Position numbers and translations under genes: made by a program. Source: Catajapyx aquilonaris (lineage: Eukaryota). From it: DNA of 64,000 nt. The DNA is taken from contig KZ538449.1 in NCBI GenBank assembly GCA_000934665.2, positions 1 through 64,000 on the forward strand, given 5' to 3'. Each line of letters starts with the position of its first letter. Position 1 is the first letter of the stretch. Shown here one piece after another: positions 1 to 13,765 of this stretch. The notes under the pieces are model-generated. The model did not search any database, was not told the origin of the DNA, and saw nothing but the letters and a program-made list of their open reading frames with translations.

Positions 1-383
1 ATTTTGTCTCAGGAAGAAAAGAAAATTACCAGATCTCTACAGCAACAAAGATGGTCACAGACAATTTTTTTTCGTATTTCCTAATGCACATTCCTTGTGA
101 ATCCCAGGACATTCCCTACATTGACGAAAATCGCACTCTAAATATGAGAAAAATAAATAAAACTTATCAGATGAGCGCCTTGCTTCAGCAGCGGCATCCG
201 CCATTTTTTCCGCGATTTAATTTTCGCGGCCCAAGTCAGATATTCGACACTAGGTGGCTACAGCTATTGTGGCCAGATTGTAATCATGGGATACCAACAG
301 ATTACAGTTCTGTTGGCATCACTAGTTGGCGCCAAAAAAACTTTTCCAGATGTCCAGTATACTGGACGCCGGGTCTCAGGAGG
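1..383. mobile_element. Right part of an ATAT-flanked TIR element nested in a Tc1/mariner MITE
   Basis: Homologous to ~51350-51728. Ends GGTCTCAGGAGG|ATAT and is followed by the right arm (to ~492) of the 593-1030 MITE family. Confidence 0.7.
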
Positions 384-592
384 ATATGCATTAACTATGC
401 AACGGCGCCCAAAACAAACAGCACATCCCTATATTAGTTTTGCGAGTACTATCAGTCTACCTGGCAATTGGGCGCGAGTTTACCTTCACCCTGTATACAG
501 TTAAATGTGGTTGTATATTTTATGCTAGGTTGTCATTTCCGGATGCTTGTCAGGAACAAGACTTCCTTGAGCACTTATTTATGACCAATATA

Positions 593-1030
593 CAGGGTGA
601 AGGGAAACTCGCGTACAATCACCAGGTAAACTTATTGTACTCGCAAAACAAATATGGGGATGTACAATTAGTTTTGGACTCTGTTGCATAGTTAATGCGT
701 ATGGCGCAGTCCAGTTTCGTGACGTCACATCCGTTCCGCCAGCTTCTATGAAGCAAAAGTCAGCTCGAGGGCCTCCGGTCCCTTGCCTTGGTCCCCTAAC
801 ACATCTTCCATGTGCAATAGGTGATCAAATCCCATCAGAGAAAGAATCCGGGTACGACACCTGTCACTTTGTCGTTTTTGCCTAGTATTTTACAATCCAG
901 CCCTCTACACTTTAAAGGCGCTGTACGCATTAACTACGCAACGGAGCCAAAAACTCGTTTCACATCCCTATATTAGTTTTGCGAGTACTATGTCTACCTG
1001 GCGATTGTACACGAGTTTCCTTTCACCCTG
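593..1030. mobile_element. Tc1/mariner-type MITE
   Basis: TA|CAGGGTGAAGGGAAACTCG...CGAGTTTCCTTTCACCCTG|TA with long imperfect TIRs. A partial inverted copy lies at ~44405-44737. Confidence 0.85.
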
Positions 1031-1050
1031 TATTAGTGTATTTGCTTGTA

Positions 1051-1610
1051 CAGAGTGTCCACAATGAACCTCCCTAGTTTCAGCTTGCTACCATTACTCA
1101 CGTTACTGGACAATGGTGTCGAAATTGTAGGAATGAGAAGGGACACTCATCAAGTTTATGTAAATAAAAACCAGTAGCCTTCCACATATGCCCATTTAGT
1201 AGCAAGGACAATTTTAATCTGGTAATCTCCCTCCCCCTGAGGTTCTCTCCTTCATGTCAGGGGTGATGGAGGACACGTCATTATTTGGGCTGTTCACTCT
1301 AGTTGCATAATATTGTATAGTTGCATTGGAATTGTGGAAAGGCGAAACGTCCAGCATGTCCAGCACTTCTGTGATCGACTTCAGCTTGGCTAACCACCAC
1401 ACAAATTGCGGTTTTCCCTCTGTAGATGCTATGTTTACATCTTCCGACAGCATCCACCACAGGAGCACCACCACATGACATAGGCTATTCCACAAATTTA
1501 GGATAAAACTTGTTGAGTCTCCAGACCGCTTAACAACCAACACCTTAAATACCTCCGCATTTCTATTTTTTACCACTCTGAAATTAGGCAGGTTCATTAT
1601 GCACACCCTG
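1051..1610. mobile_element. Decayed Tc1/mariner non-autonomous element
   Basis: TA-flanked TIRs CAGAGTGTCCACAATGAACCTCCCTA / TAGGCAGGTTCATTATGCACACCCTG. Internal transposase-like remnant VSSITPDM. Confidence 0.7.
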
Positions 1611-1831
1611 TATTAGCACATTGATTCTATTAGTTGCCCATTAGATAGGTATATCAAAACACCACTGCATCCAAAAACAGATTAAAGAAAAGTAAGGCAG
1701 CAAATCATATGAGATAGGAATTAGGAGAGCACACTAAGCAGAGGAAAAATAATCCTGAGGCTTTGGAAAGGTCTCACATATTCATGGATGGATCACTCTT
1801 ACATTTAAAAACATAATTTGTCCCAACTAAC

Positions 1832-4800
1832 CTGGATCTAATGTAGGTGTGAGACGGTACAGGTACATTTGGCTTAGACTGTCCATTAACATGACAAGAC
1901 TGTTTGTCCATGAAAACTGCACTGATGCCACGGTAATATTCCGTCGTGCCATCTTCAGAGGCAGTTCTTCACCACGCTGGTAGGTAGCATTCACGTTGAC
2001 AGTGATGGGCTGTAAAATATATTTCAGTCCACAGGGTACAAGAACCATTAATCATAGCCACCTGTCTACTCCTAGCCACTCTTTACTCGGTTTGCCAATG
2101 ACCATCATCAGCACAGTTTTTCAGTCTACTGATCAGACTTATTTCACTTGGAACTGACATTTTTGTTTATATTCACAACAAATAGGATCAGCTATTCCAG
2201 CATTGTCGAACTTCAGTCCCAACAATTTCTTACATGCATTCAGATTATGATACTTCTAATCTGGCAAATTCTGAGTTTATATTATCAACAATGCTTTTTT
2301 CCCCTGTGTCTCGAGGCATGATAGTTCTAAGATAATGAAATCAAATTCCATTCATGAATACTTGGCTTGTACCCAAGATTTTTTTCTTCCCCCTAAAGTC
2401 AAGTTGGATGCAGTGGAAAACACCACTGGATTCCGTAAGTGCTACACTTGCTTTTCACCAAAATTACAGACTAATAGCACCAGTAGCTTTAAAACTTAAG
2501 TATTTTCAAGCACCACTAACATTTTGGCACAACTTGTGTACCTACCAAAAATCCACTCAAAAAGTGATAACTCAGAACTCTTTTGACTCACATTTCACTT
2601 TACATCCACCTTAAGGGGGCACTACAGTCACCGACCTTCAAAAATTAGATTTTTAAAAATGTTTGAAAAAAATCAAGCGTCTTTCCTGCGTCGCACGCGT
2701 CCCGAAATTCAAAACATTGGCACGTCGGTACCCGACGCCTGGCAACCTTTCCTGGCAACGACCTTTGGAATCTTTTAACTTTAAACGTGTTTTTCTCAGT
2801 TTGACAGATTTGGACACTGCGGGCATCGCCCAGGCCACAAAAATTTAGCTACGGACTTCCCACTTCACCACATTATTTTATCCTCAAACATGGCGCTATC
2901 GTTCGGCCTAAAAGAATTAGCCTGCTCGAACTACTTCTATTTGTAACTTTAATAAATGCTTTCTCAAAACTGCTTAATTTTGTAGTTATCTTCTGAAATC
3001 GTCAAAAAAATACTAAAACGATTTCAAAAATTATAATTCTACGTCAAACAAAAACTACATGCTCACGGAAGCCTGAGGTCAAATCTGACGGTTGTAGGTT
3101 GACCCCAGCACCCTAAATCATGCCCGAAGTGGCGTGACATCACACCGCCATGGCAGCCCTTCGACACACGAATGTGATTCGATTATAGGCGCCATGGTTA
3201 TAGAAGACTCAGGTTAGGTCACTCCCCACCCACCCCCTGCCGAGGGGTTTTGCAAAGGGTGCTCACCTGAGACCGCCATGAGACATTTCGGAGCCACGAT
3301 AAGTGGCGACCCTACCGGACTATAGGCTGAACTTTATAGGTGCGAAGGGGAGGGCTACATGCTGGCCCAACATGGCCACCGGGGGCCATGTTGGGCCAGC
3401 ATGTAGCCCTCCCCTTCGTACCTATAAAGTTCAGCCTATAGTCCGGTAGGGTCGCCACTTATAAGTGTCCGTGGGTTGATAGGCGCTAATAGGTCTTTGA
3501 CTTATGTACATTCATGAAAATGAAGTCCCAACTTCCTGTCTCTAAGGGGTTTTTTTGGGGGCGATTTTTCACAAAACCCTTGATTTTGACTGTAGTGCCC
3601 CCTTACAGACCTGAGAATGCACAACCTGAATAACTACCCACTTAGGCAACTGTCCATGGTTATCATACCATGCTGTAAGTAACCAGGACTAACAACTACC
3701 CATGTGGATAGTTATCCAGGTAGAGCATTCTAGCAGCCAACGAAAGTAAGTTGAGAGAATCACTCAGAAAGTCAGTGGGGACAAGGGAGTTGGTGGGCTG
3801 CAAACTAGCTATGTGCTACCAGAGCAGCGGTGCCTTCGCATATCCGCACTTTTTCCAAGGATTGCAACAAAGTGTTTCACTTGCACATAATCTGAATAAA
3901 TATTCTTCAGCAGTGTGCAGTCAAAGAGCAACATCCAAGTATTGGTGCAATTATTAATTGTGCATTTGGTGCATTACCATTATATTAACATTAAATCTTG
4001 TGCCACAATACATATGTCAATATACACAGTAAAGTGATTCTTGCATTACCTGCTGTAAGGAATCCCGATAGAGGCAGAGAATACTCCCATCAACTAGAGC
4101 AACTACAAGTGGGCACGTAGATGGTGTTGCTGTTGCTACAGAGCACAATGGTGTGGCTATCCTTGCAACTGGTGATGATGTAGAGAAATGTGTGCTATGT
4201 TGCCACACCTGTAAACATACAAGGGTGTTATGTTACATGAACCAAGCAACACCAGTGATATTCAACTTACCACACTTTTGTACGTCTCATTAGTTTGATT
4301 TTGAAGAAATAGCTTATTGATGGGTACAACTTTTTCTCGCAATTCCCAAAGTTCAACTATACTGCCTGCCTTTCCACTTGCAGCTACAATTAATGCATCT
4401 GCATCTTCTCGAAATGCAAACTTAAGGGCACTGATATATGTGTCTGAAAGTGTCACAATTAGGCATGACCGTGGCTATAATTTCAAATTTACTACTCACA
4501 TGCATTGTCTTCCTTGCTTCCACATTGCAAAAAAAAGCTGGGTAAGGCCTGGGTGGTGACCACACACTTATCCTCATTCATTCGCACACCAACTCTGTAG
4601 CACTGGACTGGCAATGATATTTTACCACAGCTAGCAGCAATCAGAAAGTCACCATCTGAAATGTCACATAAACTGTCAATTTCATTCTTAATTTGCAATA
4701 ATGTTGCTCATACTTTTTGCGTAGCATGTATCTATGACTCTAATCCGACGGCGAACAGAACCAAGACTTTCGCTTGCTGTCAGAACCCTTTTATCAGGAG

Positions 4801-6083
4801 CAAACACAACGACGCCAACCATTCCACTTGTGCCAACTACTAGACATCCCTCCAGTGGACGACCACCAAAATGGCGTAATGATGGAGCAAATCGCAATGA
4901 AGCAAACTTGTCACTGTAAGAAGGCAAATCCTTCTTGTCTGGTAACAAACTCATCTGGAAGGAAAGAAACAGAGATAAGCTCTAAATATCATAATAGAGA
5001 AAAAATATCATACCTTCTTTCCATTGTGAAAAAATGCAGCACAAATTATGTGCTCCCCTGGAAATGTGGCACTTTCTAGACAGACCCATTCATTCAAAAG
5101 GTGATCCTTTGTGGACCACACTTGAACCTTGCCACCAACATCAGTCATCAACAATTTGCTTCCACTTAAGTCCCATTCTAATCCAGTTATCTCAGTGTCA
5201 TTTGTGAGCACCCTGAAACAAAATGTCATTAAGGATTATTCTGCACATCAGAGGTAATGTTAAGATAATTTCACAAACTCGTCATTGCAAGAGCAGGGCG
5301 TGTGGAGCACGGAACACTGGCTAGGGGCTATTCACAAATGTTGCATGGGATGGCTGAGCCCTGGCATCCAACCCGGTGGACTTTCTGCGTGCAGGGAGTA
5401 AAAGGCGCACACGCCCCACTCTCACAACGCTGAGTTTGTGAAATGGCCTTTTGAAAAATATCCTTACCGATGACAGTCCCATGGGCTATTCAAATCTGCA
5501 ATGTAAACATGTGACGCCCATGATTTTCCTGATGTATCTTCTACATCCGTTGAAGTGGTGAATGCCACTATATTTTGGTTTGATATGCTACAAAATGTGA
5601 CGCATTCATGTAACCTGGGAAAGAAAAACTCTGTTAACAATACCCTCCTATACAGAACATGAAATCAGTTTAATAGATGAAGCCTTGAATGAGCATCCTC
5701 GTTTACACTCTGGTCTTGTTTTTTAAACATTACCTGCACTGTACATGGTGTGATGTACAGTAAAAATTGTACACAATGCAAAAGCAATCTATCAGGGTAA
5801 TGAAGCCATTCACACTTGTAACTTTAACCAAATGGTTCCAGGTAGTTTCTTTTCTTTTTTTTGTACTGGAGCATTTTTATTTGTGGGCATTTTTTCTCAG
5901 TTGTTGGCACAGCATTGCCATTCTTAATTTCAGTCCATAATATCCCCAATCAATTTTTGGGGTATTACATGTACTGAATGACCAAAGAGACCCACAGGTT
6001 ATACTGTTTGTTACATACCAGTCAATATTCTGGTTCTTGCTTGAAGGAAGTTGCTTTCTGGATACGGTGTAGAGAAGTTCCAT
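1832..6083 (-). CDS. MED16: Mediator of RNA polymerase II transcription subunit 16, 5' part; gene continues past the left edge
   Basis: Phase-consistent GT-AG exons: 6019-6083 (MELLYTVSRK), 5468-5614 (ISNQNIVAFTTS..HVYIADLNSPWD), 5014-5212 (ITGLEWDLSGSKLLMTDVGGKVQVWSTKDHLLNEW), 4714-4954 (YSDKFASLRFAPSLRHFGGRPLEG), 4500-4655, 4271-4443 (LKFAFREDADALIV..VELWELRE), 4050-4208 (LYRDSLQQ), 1832-2009. The peptides match remembered MED16 N-terminal WD40-like motifs. Confidence 0.92.
2615..3602. mobile_element. TIR element (GGGGGCACTACAGTCA) at a TTAA site, Sola3/piggyBac-like, in a MED16 intron
   Basis: 16-bp perfect TIRs, left TTAA, right TTAC. Hosts the hairpin element 3193-3478. Confidence 0.7.
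3193..3478. mobile_element. Hairpin element with 8-bp TSD (family copy A)
   Basis: TSD ATAGGCGC at 3185-3192 and 3479-3486. Ends CATGGTTATAGAAGAC...GTGTCCGTGGGTTG with a ~160-bp internal palindrome. Confidence 0.8.
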
Positions 6084-6512
6084 GATTACGTAATTTTATT
6101 GCTTGTAGAGGCTAATAGGCTCAGTTTGCATTAATTTGGCAACTGAAGCTCCACTTATGAAGTGTTATCTTCTTATGCAATTTCCTCCATGGTTACTTCT
6201 GGGGTAGAGCTTACATTCCGTAATAAATTTGTACAGTCATGGCTGAAAAAAAAATCAATTTCAAAATTCCCGACATGGCAAATTGCATGCTTATTTTCTA
6301 ACAGATGTGTACATTTGACAATAATTACTCTAATTTTATATTACAGCAGAACACTGATTATTATCTGTCACCCACAGGACCAGGGCATAGTCAGAACACA
6401 AAAAAGGTCAAGTAATCAGAGGAGCAAAGAAAACTTGAAGGAAACAAAAAAACATGCAAAATCATGAAATAATGTACACTTTTATGGTTTTCTAAGAAAT
6501 ACTAAAGTCTTT

Positions 6513-6621
6513 GGGTGGAATTTTCGTCGTACTGCTAGTTACTTTTAACTTAGCAGTACCATTGCATTACATTGGTACTGCTAAGTTAAAAGTAACTAGT
6601 AGTACGACAAAAATTCCACCC
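6513..6621. mobile_element. Short hairpin MITE with GGGTGGAATT termini
   Basis: ~50-bp inverted arms. A related copy lies at ~22124-22238. Confidence 0.7.
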
Positions 6622-7117
6622 CTTATCTTTTACTTACTCTACGGCATTTATAATTTAACTAAGGCAATACACGACAAATGCGTAGTACATTACAGTATTG
6701 ATGAGAAAACGTAGATTTATTGCTGGAGAGGAACAGTTGGATATGCCGAGGAGTCACATAATAATAATAACAAGTCGGATAATCGGGGTTCTACAGAATT
6801 ATCCTTACCCAACACTATCCCCACTACCCTGTTTGACCCCCTGCCTTTAATTTCTACATGCTTCATCCATTCCTTCAAGCCCCTTAGTTTTCCCCTTGTT
6901 AACCCCACTGCTCCCAGATCTAGCTGATGATATTCGCTTCTGTTCAACTTGCACGTACTCTGAAGATATGGACAAGATATTTTACAAATAATAACAGTTA
7001 TACTTACATGTTCATGCTGTACACTATATATATGTTTGGAACAATTTTCCACTTCCAGAAGTCGCAAAATTAATTTCCAAAAGAATTGCTGTAAAAACTC
7101 GAAATTTAATAACTACT

Positions 7118-7461
7118 GGGGAAGGCGCGGTGGCCGAAATGGTAACGTCTCGGCTTGCTGAGCGGAAGGTCCCGGGTTCGATCCTCGCCCGGGATTTCCC
7201 TTCTGCCTGCGTCAGTGGGTCTCTGCCCGCACCTAAGAAGGCGTCTTGGCAACCTAGCCTTCTGGGGGACTGTACATGACCCATTTCCGACATTGCTCTT
7301 GCACCTGCGTCCCCTCCCCAAAAATCCCTATCCTTACCCCATGTCCTTTCATCCTTGCACCGGAGTTAGAAGAAAAAGTTAGAAAATCGGAGGAAAAATG
7401 GTGCGGTAGTATTCCATCACCACCACCCCTATAAGGGCCCTTATATGTAAAAAAATTATTG

Positions 7462-7514
<53 letters not shown>
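7118..7514 (+). mobile_element. tRNA-derived SINE, family 1
   Basis: A-box GGTGGCCGAAATGG, B-box GGTTCGATCC, (ATT)n tail. A second copy is on the minus strand at ~37840-38190. Confidence 0.85.
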
Positions 7515-7689
7515 GGCCAACTGTTAGGCTGATTTAATTATGAAGTATATTAAAATATACAGAATAACAACCTTACGAATCTGCTGAAACTGTCGTACTT
7601 TGCGAGAATTAAATTAAGTTTGGAGTTTTCCAGAGTGAGAGGCAAGCTGCAGTAAGTATTAATCTAATTCACTAATTCACTAATTCTTA

Positions 7690-8017
7690 GGGGAGGCGGA
7701 GTGGTGCTGCGGTAACGTATGCGCCCACGGATGTTAAGGTCCCGGGTTCGATCCCAGCTCGGGGACACCCCCTTCATCTCGTGCAGAGTTCATTGGGTCA
7801 CCTTTGGCTTCGTCTCGGGTGGTATTTCCTACAGACTAAACCACCCGGGGGAGTTCACTAAAAATGGCCACGTAAAGACATTGCACTGCACCTAGCACAT
7901 CCCCTCCTGTCATCCTGCCCATGGGCCCGGGCGTTACGTATAAAGGTTCCAATGTACGTATGAGTATAAAATAAAGGTCCGTGCTATATACCTCAGATGA
8001 GGTCAAGCACTACCCGG

Positions 8018-8066
<49 letters not shown>
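7690..8066 (+). mobile_element. tRNA-derived SINE, family 2
   Basis: Head GGAGTGGTGCTGCGGTAACG..GGTTCGATCCC and (ATT)n tail. Near-identical copy at 22406-22772. Confidence 0.85.
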
Positions 8067-8068
<2 letters not shown>

Positions 8069-8583
8069 CTAATTCTCATGAAGTACGACAATTACACAAA
8101 TTCGTTGTAGCACAATTCTCAAGGTTGTTATTCCATATATTTTAATGTATTTCATAATTAAATCAGCCTAACAGTTGGCCGGTAGTAATTTAATTTCGAG
8201 TTTTTACGGCGATTCTTTTGGAAATTAATTTTGCGAAGCCTAGAAGTGGAAAATTGTTCTAAACATATTCATAGTGTACAGCATGAACTTGTAAGTATTT
8301 GCCACTATTTATAAAATATCTTGTCCGTATCTTCAGAGTACGTGCAAGTTGAACAGAAGTGAATCTCATCACCTGGATCTGGGAGTGAAGAGGTTAAGCA
8401 GAGTCCTTATCCCAGCCACATCCAAACCAGACCCACACACTTATAAATTGTGTTTTGGACATCCAAATTGTCCATTTTAAGTACTGTGACTGAAATCCTT
8501 TCCATAAATTCAGTTTATGCTGCATGGTATAGTATAAACAGTTCAAATGCCATTTTAAACGTACAGTAGTAAACACAACTTAA

Positions 8584-8866
8584 CCCTGGAACAAGGCCAT
8601 GCCTGAAAGTTACGTTAACCGTGCCGTGGAGTCTTTTAGGACCCCATGCTATATTATTTTTTATTAATTTTTATATAATACTTTTCAATGTATTGGCTAT
8701 ATGCAATCATTCTTTGAACCATGCCTAAAATGATCGCTAATTCAGAATAAACATGCACTTCCTGTTATATCCTTTTTTTAAATGGCAAACAGTTCATTGT
8801 AATTGTAATTTTAATGCATTTTAATTCCATTGGGGTCCGAAAAGACCCCACGGCACGGTCCCAGGG
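8584..8866. mobile_element. piggyBac-like MITE
   Basis: TTAA|CCCTGG...CCAGGG|TTAA with internal GGGGTCTTTTAGGACCCC hairpins. An inverted copy lies at ~42387-42669. Confidence 0.8.
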
Positions 8867-9455
8867 TTAATGCGGCTCTAACTTGTCAACCTAATTATGC
8901 GGAACCCTCTGTGCAAGTTTTGCCATGCTGGTAGTGCCAGTAAAGTAAGTAAAAAACCGCAGCCCATAATTCTTCACTTAGGCGAAACAACTGTGCTAAT
9001 AATTATTACCATATTTCATGTCAGTCTCATCAGTGCACCTTACCTTCATTAGTAACGAGCCCAATCCAATGCAATACAACACCAGGTGGTGCGCTTTCCA
9101 CTTGAATGATCTGAAACAAGTTTGTAGTCTGTCACCACACTGATTGCAGGTAAGTTTGGCCTTCCATTTTTAACTTATTGCAATTACATTCTATGATAAT
9201 TTCAACCTGTAAGTTACAATGGCAACGCCCAAACTTCCAGTGAAACCTGAGAAGATACAAACCGTCGAGTAGCCTGGTCGTCTCCTATTACTGCCGCCTC
9301 CGTTGGCAGCTACAGGCACGACTAGTGTTGTAAATACAAGAGGCGTTGTTGTAATTAGATGTAGGGGTGCTGGGGTGGGGGTCGGGGCCGATAGGTGTAG
9401 TAGGTGTAGTCGGCACTCGGCGGTAGTAGGTGAGGGCGCCAACATCACTTTTTCC

Positions 9456-10237
9456 CAACGAGATAGAATAGGGTAGAGGCCGAAAAGGTCGGACATCTTT
9501 GAAGCAAAATGGCGGCCATCGGGCGGCCATGCCACTTCACGGCAAGAACTTTGAAATTATTGTAGTATCGCTAACCCTGTTCTCCTCTCCTGTCTCCTGG
9601 CCACGGCTCCTGGCCACGCTCCTGGCGGGACTAGGAAGAAAAGCCTGTCTGGGGACCAGCCCACGGACAGTTATACCCGTGGTTATACTACGTTCTGGCG
9701 TTATCACCTGCCGAGGCATTTTGCAGCGATTTCTCACCTGAGACCGCCATGAGACATTTCGGAGCCTCGACAAGTGGCGACCCTACCGGACCAAGGTTGA
9801 ACTTTATAGGTACGAAAGGGGGGGGGGGGCTACATTTGGGGGCCCAACATGGCCGCCGGCGGCCATGTTGGGTCATCATGTAGCCCCCCCCCTTTCGTAC
9901 CTATAAAGTTCAACCTTGGTCCGGTAGGGTCGCCACTTGTCGAGGCTCCGAAATGCCTCATGGCGGTCTCAGGTGAGAACTCGCTGAAAAACGCCCCGGC
10001 AGTGGGGGGGTGGGAGTGACCTAACCTGTCTTCTATAACCATGCTGGGGACCGTGCTGGGGACGTTTTTATTTATTCCCACCCCCCGCCAGGAGGCAGGA
10101 GTGTAGACAGAGGAGAACAGGGTTAGAACGGGTTAGAAATAAGGCCATTTCAAATGAGCGCATGTTCTTGCCGTGAAGTAGCATGGACGCCAAAGATCAC
10201 GTGACCTTTACGGCCTCTACCCTATTCTATCTCGTTG
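9456..10237. mobile_element. TIR element (CAACGAGATAGAATAGGGTAGAGGCCG) with a nested hairpin element
   Basis: 27-bp perfect TIRs plus subterminal inverted blocks. Flanks CTTTTTCC / CTTTCACC may be a decayed 8-bp TSD. Confidence 0.8.
9657..10043. mobile_element. Hairpin element with 8-bp TSD (family copy B)
   Basis: TSD CTGGGGAC at 9649-9656 and 10044-10051. Ends CAGCCCACGGACAG...TTCTATAACCATG. The ~290-bp palindrome is homologous to copy A. Confidence 0.8.
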
Positions 10238-11755
10238 CTTTCACCCTACATCCCCTGGCGGCGAAGAGTGAAAGCTATTGGTTTGGGCTACGGCCATGGG
10301 CTACGGTGGCGACATGCCGACATCAGCGCGCGGCATTTGTGTATGTATAGTAAGGTGTAGCAAGCACAGTGTAGAATGTACATAAAAGTGCAGCTGTGGA
10401 ATTTTAATATTTTTTAATTTAAAATCTCTACTCCGGTTCTGATCAGGATATTTAAGGTTAACTTTGTGGTAGAATATTATAACAAAGTAGCTGACAATGA
10501 TAACCTCTGCCCGCTGATGTCCTCACGTGCTTCGTCCTCAGTTCATGTTTCAGTTGGTCAGCAAGTCACCAGGAAAAATTCTTTCTAGTACCACCATCGT
10601 CAGTCCAACGCCTGCTTGACCCAGTGCCTCCTTGTGTGGACCACCCACTAGCTAGGGGACTTATTGCCCACCCGCAGCGTTGTCTTGCAGCAAGCTTGAC
10701 AAGCTTCTTATGGGTCCTCAGGGTCTCAAGTTTTGATTCTTTGCGTGGGTCCCACTACCAGCCACCGTAAAACATGGCTACCTGGGAGGAGGCCAAAGCG
10801 CCACAGGTATGATTACCTGCACAGTAATGCTACCCCAGTATATAATTTTTACAACACAGGTTAAGCTTCAGGTCTGTCCATGATGCCTGCCTTGAAAGAC
10901 ACATCAGAGTGGGTATTTGCTTTAGGTGTCTGGGGATTCTGTTAAAGGAGTAGTGCTTTCCTCCCCTTGAGGCAGAGGAGGTTATGGATATATGAGAGAG
11001 AATGAATAAATGCCAAAGTATAATGTAATGTTAGGATTGTCAAAACATTAAGCCAATTCAATTTTAATGACAGATGAGACTCCTTTCAGGCTAGGGTTGT
11101 CGTACAATCATACTCGTATGTTGTGCAAAGCTAGAGACCGGACTCACTCAGTTGTACAATATCTCTAGTAACCCCAAAGAGTTAGAGCAAGGTTATTGCA
11201 CCAGCAGGAATCTTCTGTGTAGTCAGCATGGCCTGTGGAACATGATTGTGCTGCATGACCATTACATAGTGAACCACCCATAAAAATGGATGCTGTTGCA
11301 TGATACCTGTTTTTTTCTCCACCATGGGAGATGTGGAAGTGACGTTCAGCTGCTATGACCACACCCATTAGCCATTCCCATGAAATCCATTCTGTCACTC
11401 ATTGCTGAAGTAGGCAAAAGTGATGAATCACATTTTTACTGGAGCTCATTTTGTGGCATCATGTGGTAAGCGTATGTATCCTTCACCCATTTTTCAGGTA
11501 AAGTGTGTCCTTCCAGATTGGTTACCAATTAGGGACGACGACAGTCTGTGGTAATAATAGACAAATAATACAAGAGGATGAAAGGCTATGTGGGGGGACT
11601 CCTGTGGAGGGCATGCGGCAATATCCGAGGTAGGTTTCTATAATTATTTTTATCCTTGTCTAGTATATCTTGTGAAATGTTTCTCGTAACATACTATATA
11701 ATAATATTATGATCTAAAAATTGAGAATATGCCAATTCTGTTGTACAGTGCATAA

Positions 11756-13765
11756 TGTGTGAACAATCCCATCTTCAGACTGCTGCTTTCAAAGGGGAAC
11801 TACCCTTACTCCATTACAAAGAATAAAAGTAAACTCCTTCACTCCTTTGCTTTGCTCAATACGTCAATGTTTGAAGTCTCACTGGTTCTACACTTCAAGC
11901 ACACTGGTAGGTAGTTAATAATATTGGTAATATTAATTAATGAAAGGGTTAATTTAAAAAAAACACTATCTCCCAAGAATCAGCATAGCCTTTGTTTTCT
12001 TTTTCGAGGAAATGATACTGACATATTGGATTCTTTCAAAAAAATAATCTGCTCGTTTACCGACAATTTTAGGTTGAAAATTGTTGCCGTATTCCCATAA
12101 CAAAGCGTGGCCCAGAATCCACTTTTTGAATAACTTAGTTTTGAAAAAATCAGTAAAAGTGTGCATGACATTTTTATCAACCCCTTTCAATGCCAATTTT
12201 CTTAAGGTGTTGGTAATGGCATATACCATCCAACTGGGTGAACTTGGTCCAAAATTTCCGTTTTACGAAGATATAAGTGTGAAGATATTAACCCACAACT
12301 GTGACATTTTTTTATTAGGTGTTGGACAATGCTGGCCAATAGGACGAGTATAAAAATATTTTTTTCCATGCACAATACTACTTAGGAAATATTATGACGT
12401 CATGGCCATGTCCACCCCACTGGTTGGGGTGGACTTGGCCATCTAATTTTCCCATTACAAATGAACTGCTCTGGGCAGGAAAATATTGGAATGGGTTAAC
12501 CTGGCCATTGCCATCCACATGGGACAGCTTGGCCAGTCCTTCTAATATGTGTTACCCGTAGGGGAGGAACCTAACCTTACCACAAGCATAGAATCTTTGA
12601 AATGTGAACTTGTATTACCCATTGATATATAACCCATATATAAAGTGTATCTTGCGAATGTAACCAGTTACTAAAATCAGAGTTCATGGTGACTTAACAT
12701 TAGGAGGATGTTATTGACCACTGAACAAGTGTAACTAGGTGGTATCACGTGTGAACTACAAATGTAACGTTCGCTCATACTCAGCGGTTTCTAGAGAACA
12801 ATGACTATGGTGTATCAGCATGCCCATGTAAGGCAATCCTTCCGGGGCGTTGGCCAGGGGGGATTGACCAAGAAGAGGGAGGAGAACGGCGAAGAACTGG
12901 AGAAACGGAGGGCATAAAAGGGACAACTGGAGTGACCAAGGGCAGTCTAGTCATGGGGTAGAAGTGAGAAAGAAATGCTGAGGTGAAGTGCCTGGAAGGA
13001 AGGAAGGAAGGAAGGAAGGAAGGAAGGAAGGACGTCCACTGGTGATCGCTGACGGAGGAGGACACGGGATAGTAGAGTATCGTTTCACTTGTGTGTGTGC
13101 TATTGATCGTGATGACCATCCAGTAAGAAAGTTATTGTAACATTAATTTTGAACACTACCATTGTAAAACCAACCCGAACATTAAAACCAATTTATTGTT
13201 ATTCATTGAAGTCGATCCACTTTATTTTGTATTAAAAGAACCCAGATCATTCCGCATGGAAAGGGAGGGTTAACCTTGCCAACTTTTAGTTGACCAGGGA
13301 ATGATAACACTTGGCCACTCGAAGGTGACGTGGGGGTTAACTTGGCCACCTGTTTTTAAACTAAAGAAATGGTGAATTTGATGATAGATAAGTGGTTCTG
13401 GATATTATAAGTTATAGGCTATTCATTCTGCAGTAGCAGAGGAGTATGGGCTTTGCACGGCATGTTTCCATGGCCATGTAGGGCGATTCCAGGTGAGATC
13501 AGATATCGATGTCCAGCATGCATTTTTTTAGAATTTTGAAATTTGGCATAGAGAAATGTTTTGTTCACATGTGATTGTGTGAATTTCTTCGATCTGGTAG
13601 CATCCGTAGGTCACGAGAAATGACCCTGTGACAATGTGCATGTGCTAAAATTTGATCATCACGTCAACCGCCATATTTCAGCAACTATTGGCACCACTGA
13701 CATCTTTGAAGTGAATTTCAATTCTGGAGGGTTTGCCCAATATTCCTGTACCAAAAATGAATTTT
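11756..13765. repeat. Dispersed repeat, copy 1, with pogo-like GGGGTGGACTTGGCCA motifs
   Basis: Highly similar to 24118-25425 except for ~700 extra bp at 12611-13310. Confidence 0.8.
12653..13256. mobile_element. Possible solo LTR
   Basis: TGCGAATG...CATTCCGCA ends, internal (GGAA)n and ATTAAA near the right end. Absent from the second repeat copy. No clear TSD. Confidence 0.35.

Larger units (their letters stand above)
6903..8393. mobile_element. piggyBac-like foldback element carrying two SINE insertions
   Basis: TTAA at 6899-6902 and 8394-8397, with ~300-bp diverged inverted arms (GCTCCCAGATC..GTTCAACTTGCACGTACTCTGAAGA). Confidence 0.8.

Noticed and set aside
1214..1606. 130-aa minus-strand ORF as the next MED16 exon
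   Set aside because: It lies inside a TA-flanked TIR element and does not resemble the expected MED16 continuation.
7118..7200. tRNA gene (also at 7690, 16960, 28150, 36430, 62520)
   Set aside because: The A/B boxes run into SINE bodies with microsatellite tails and often TSDs; no intact cloverleaf.
10500..11910. Exon-like plus-strand segments with splice signals
   Set aside because: The frames examined contain stops and no family could be recognised; possibly a decayed transposon gene or lncRNA.
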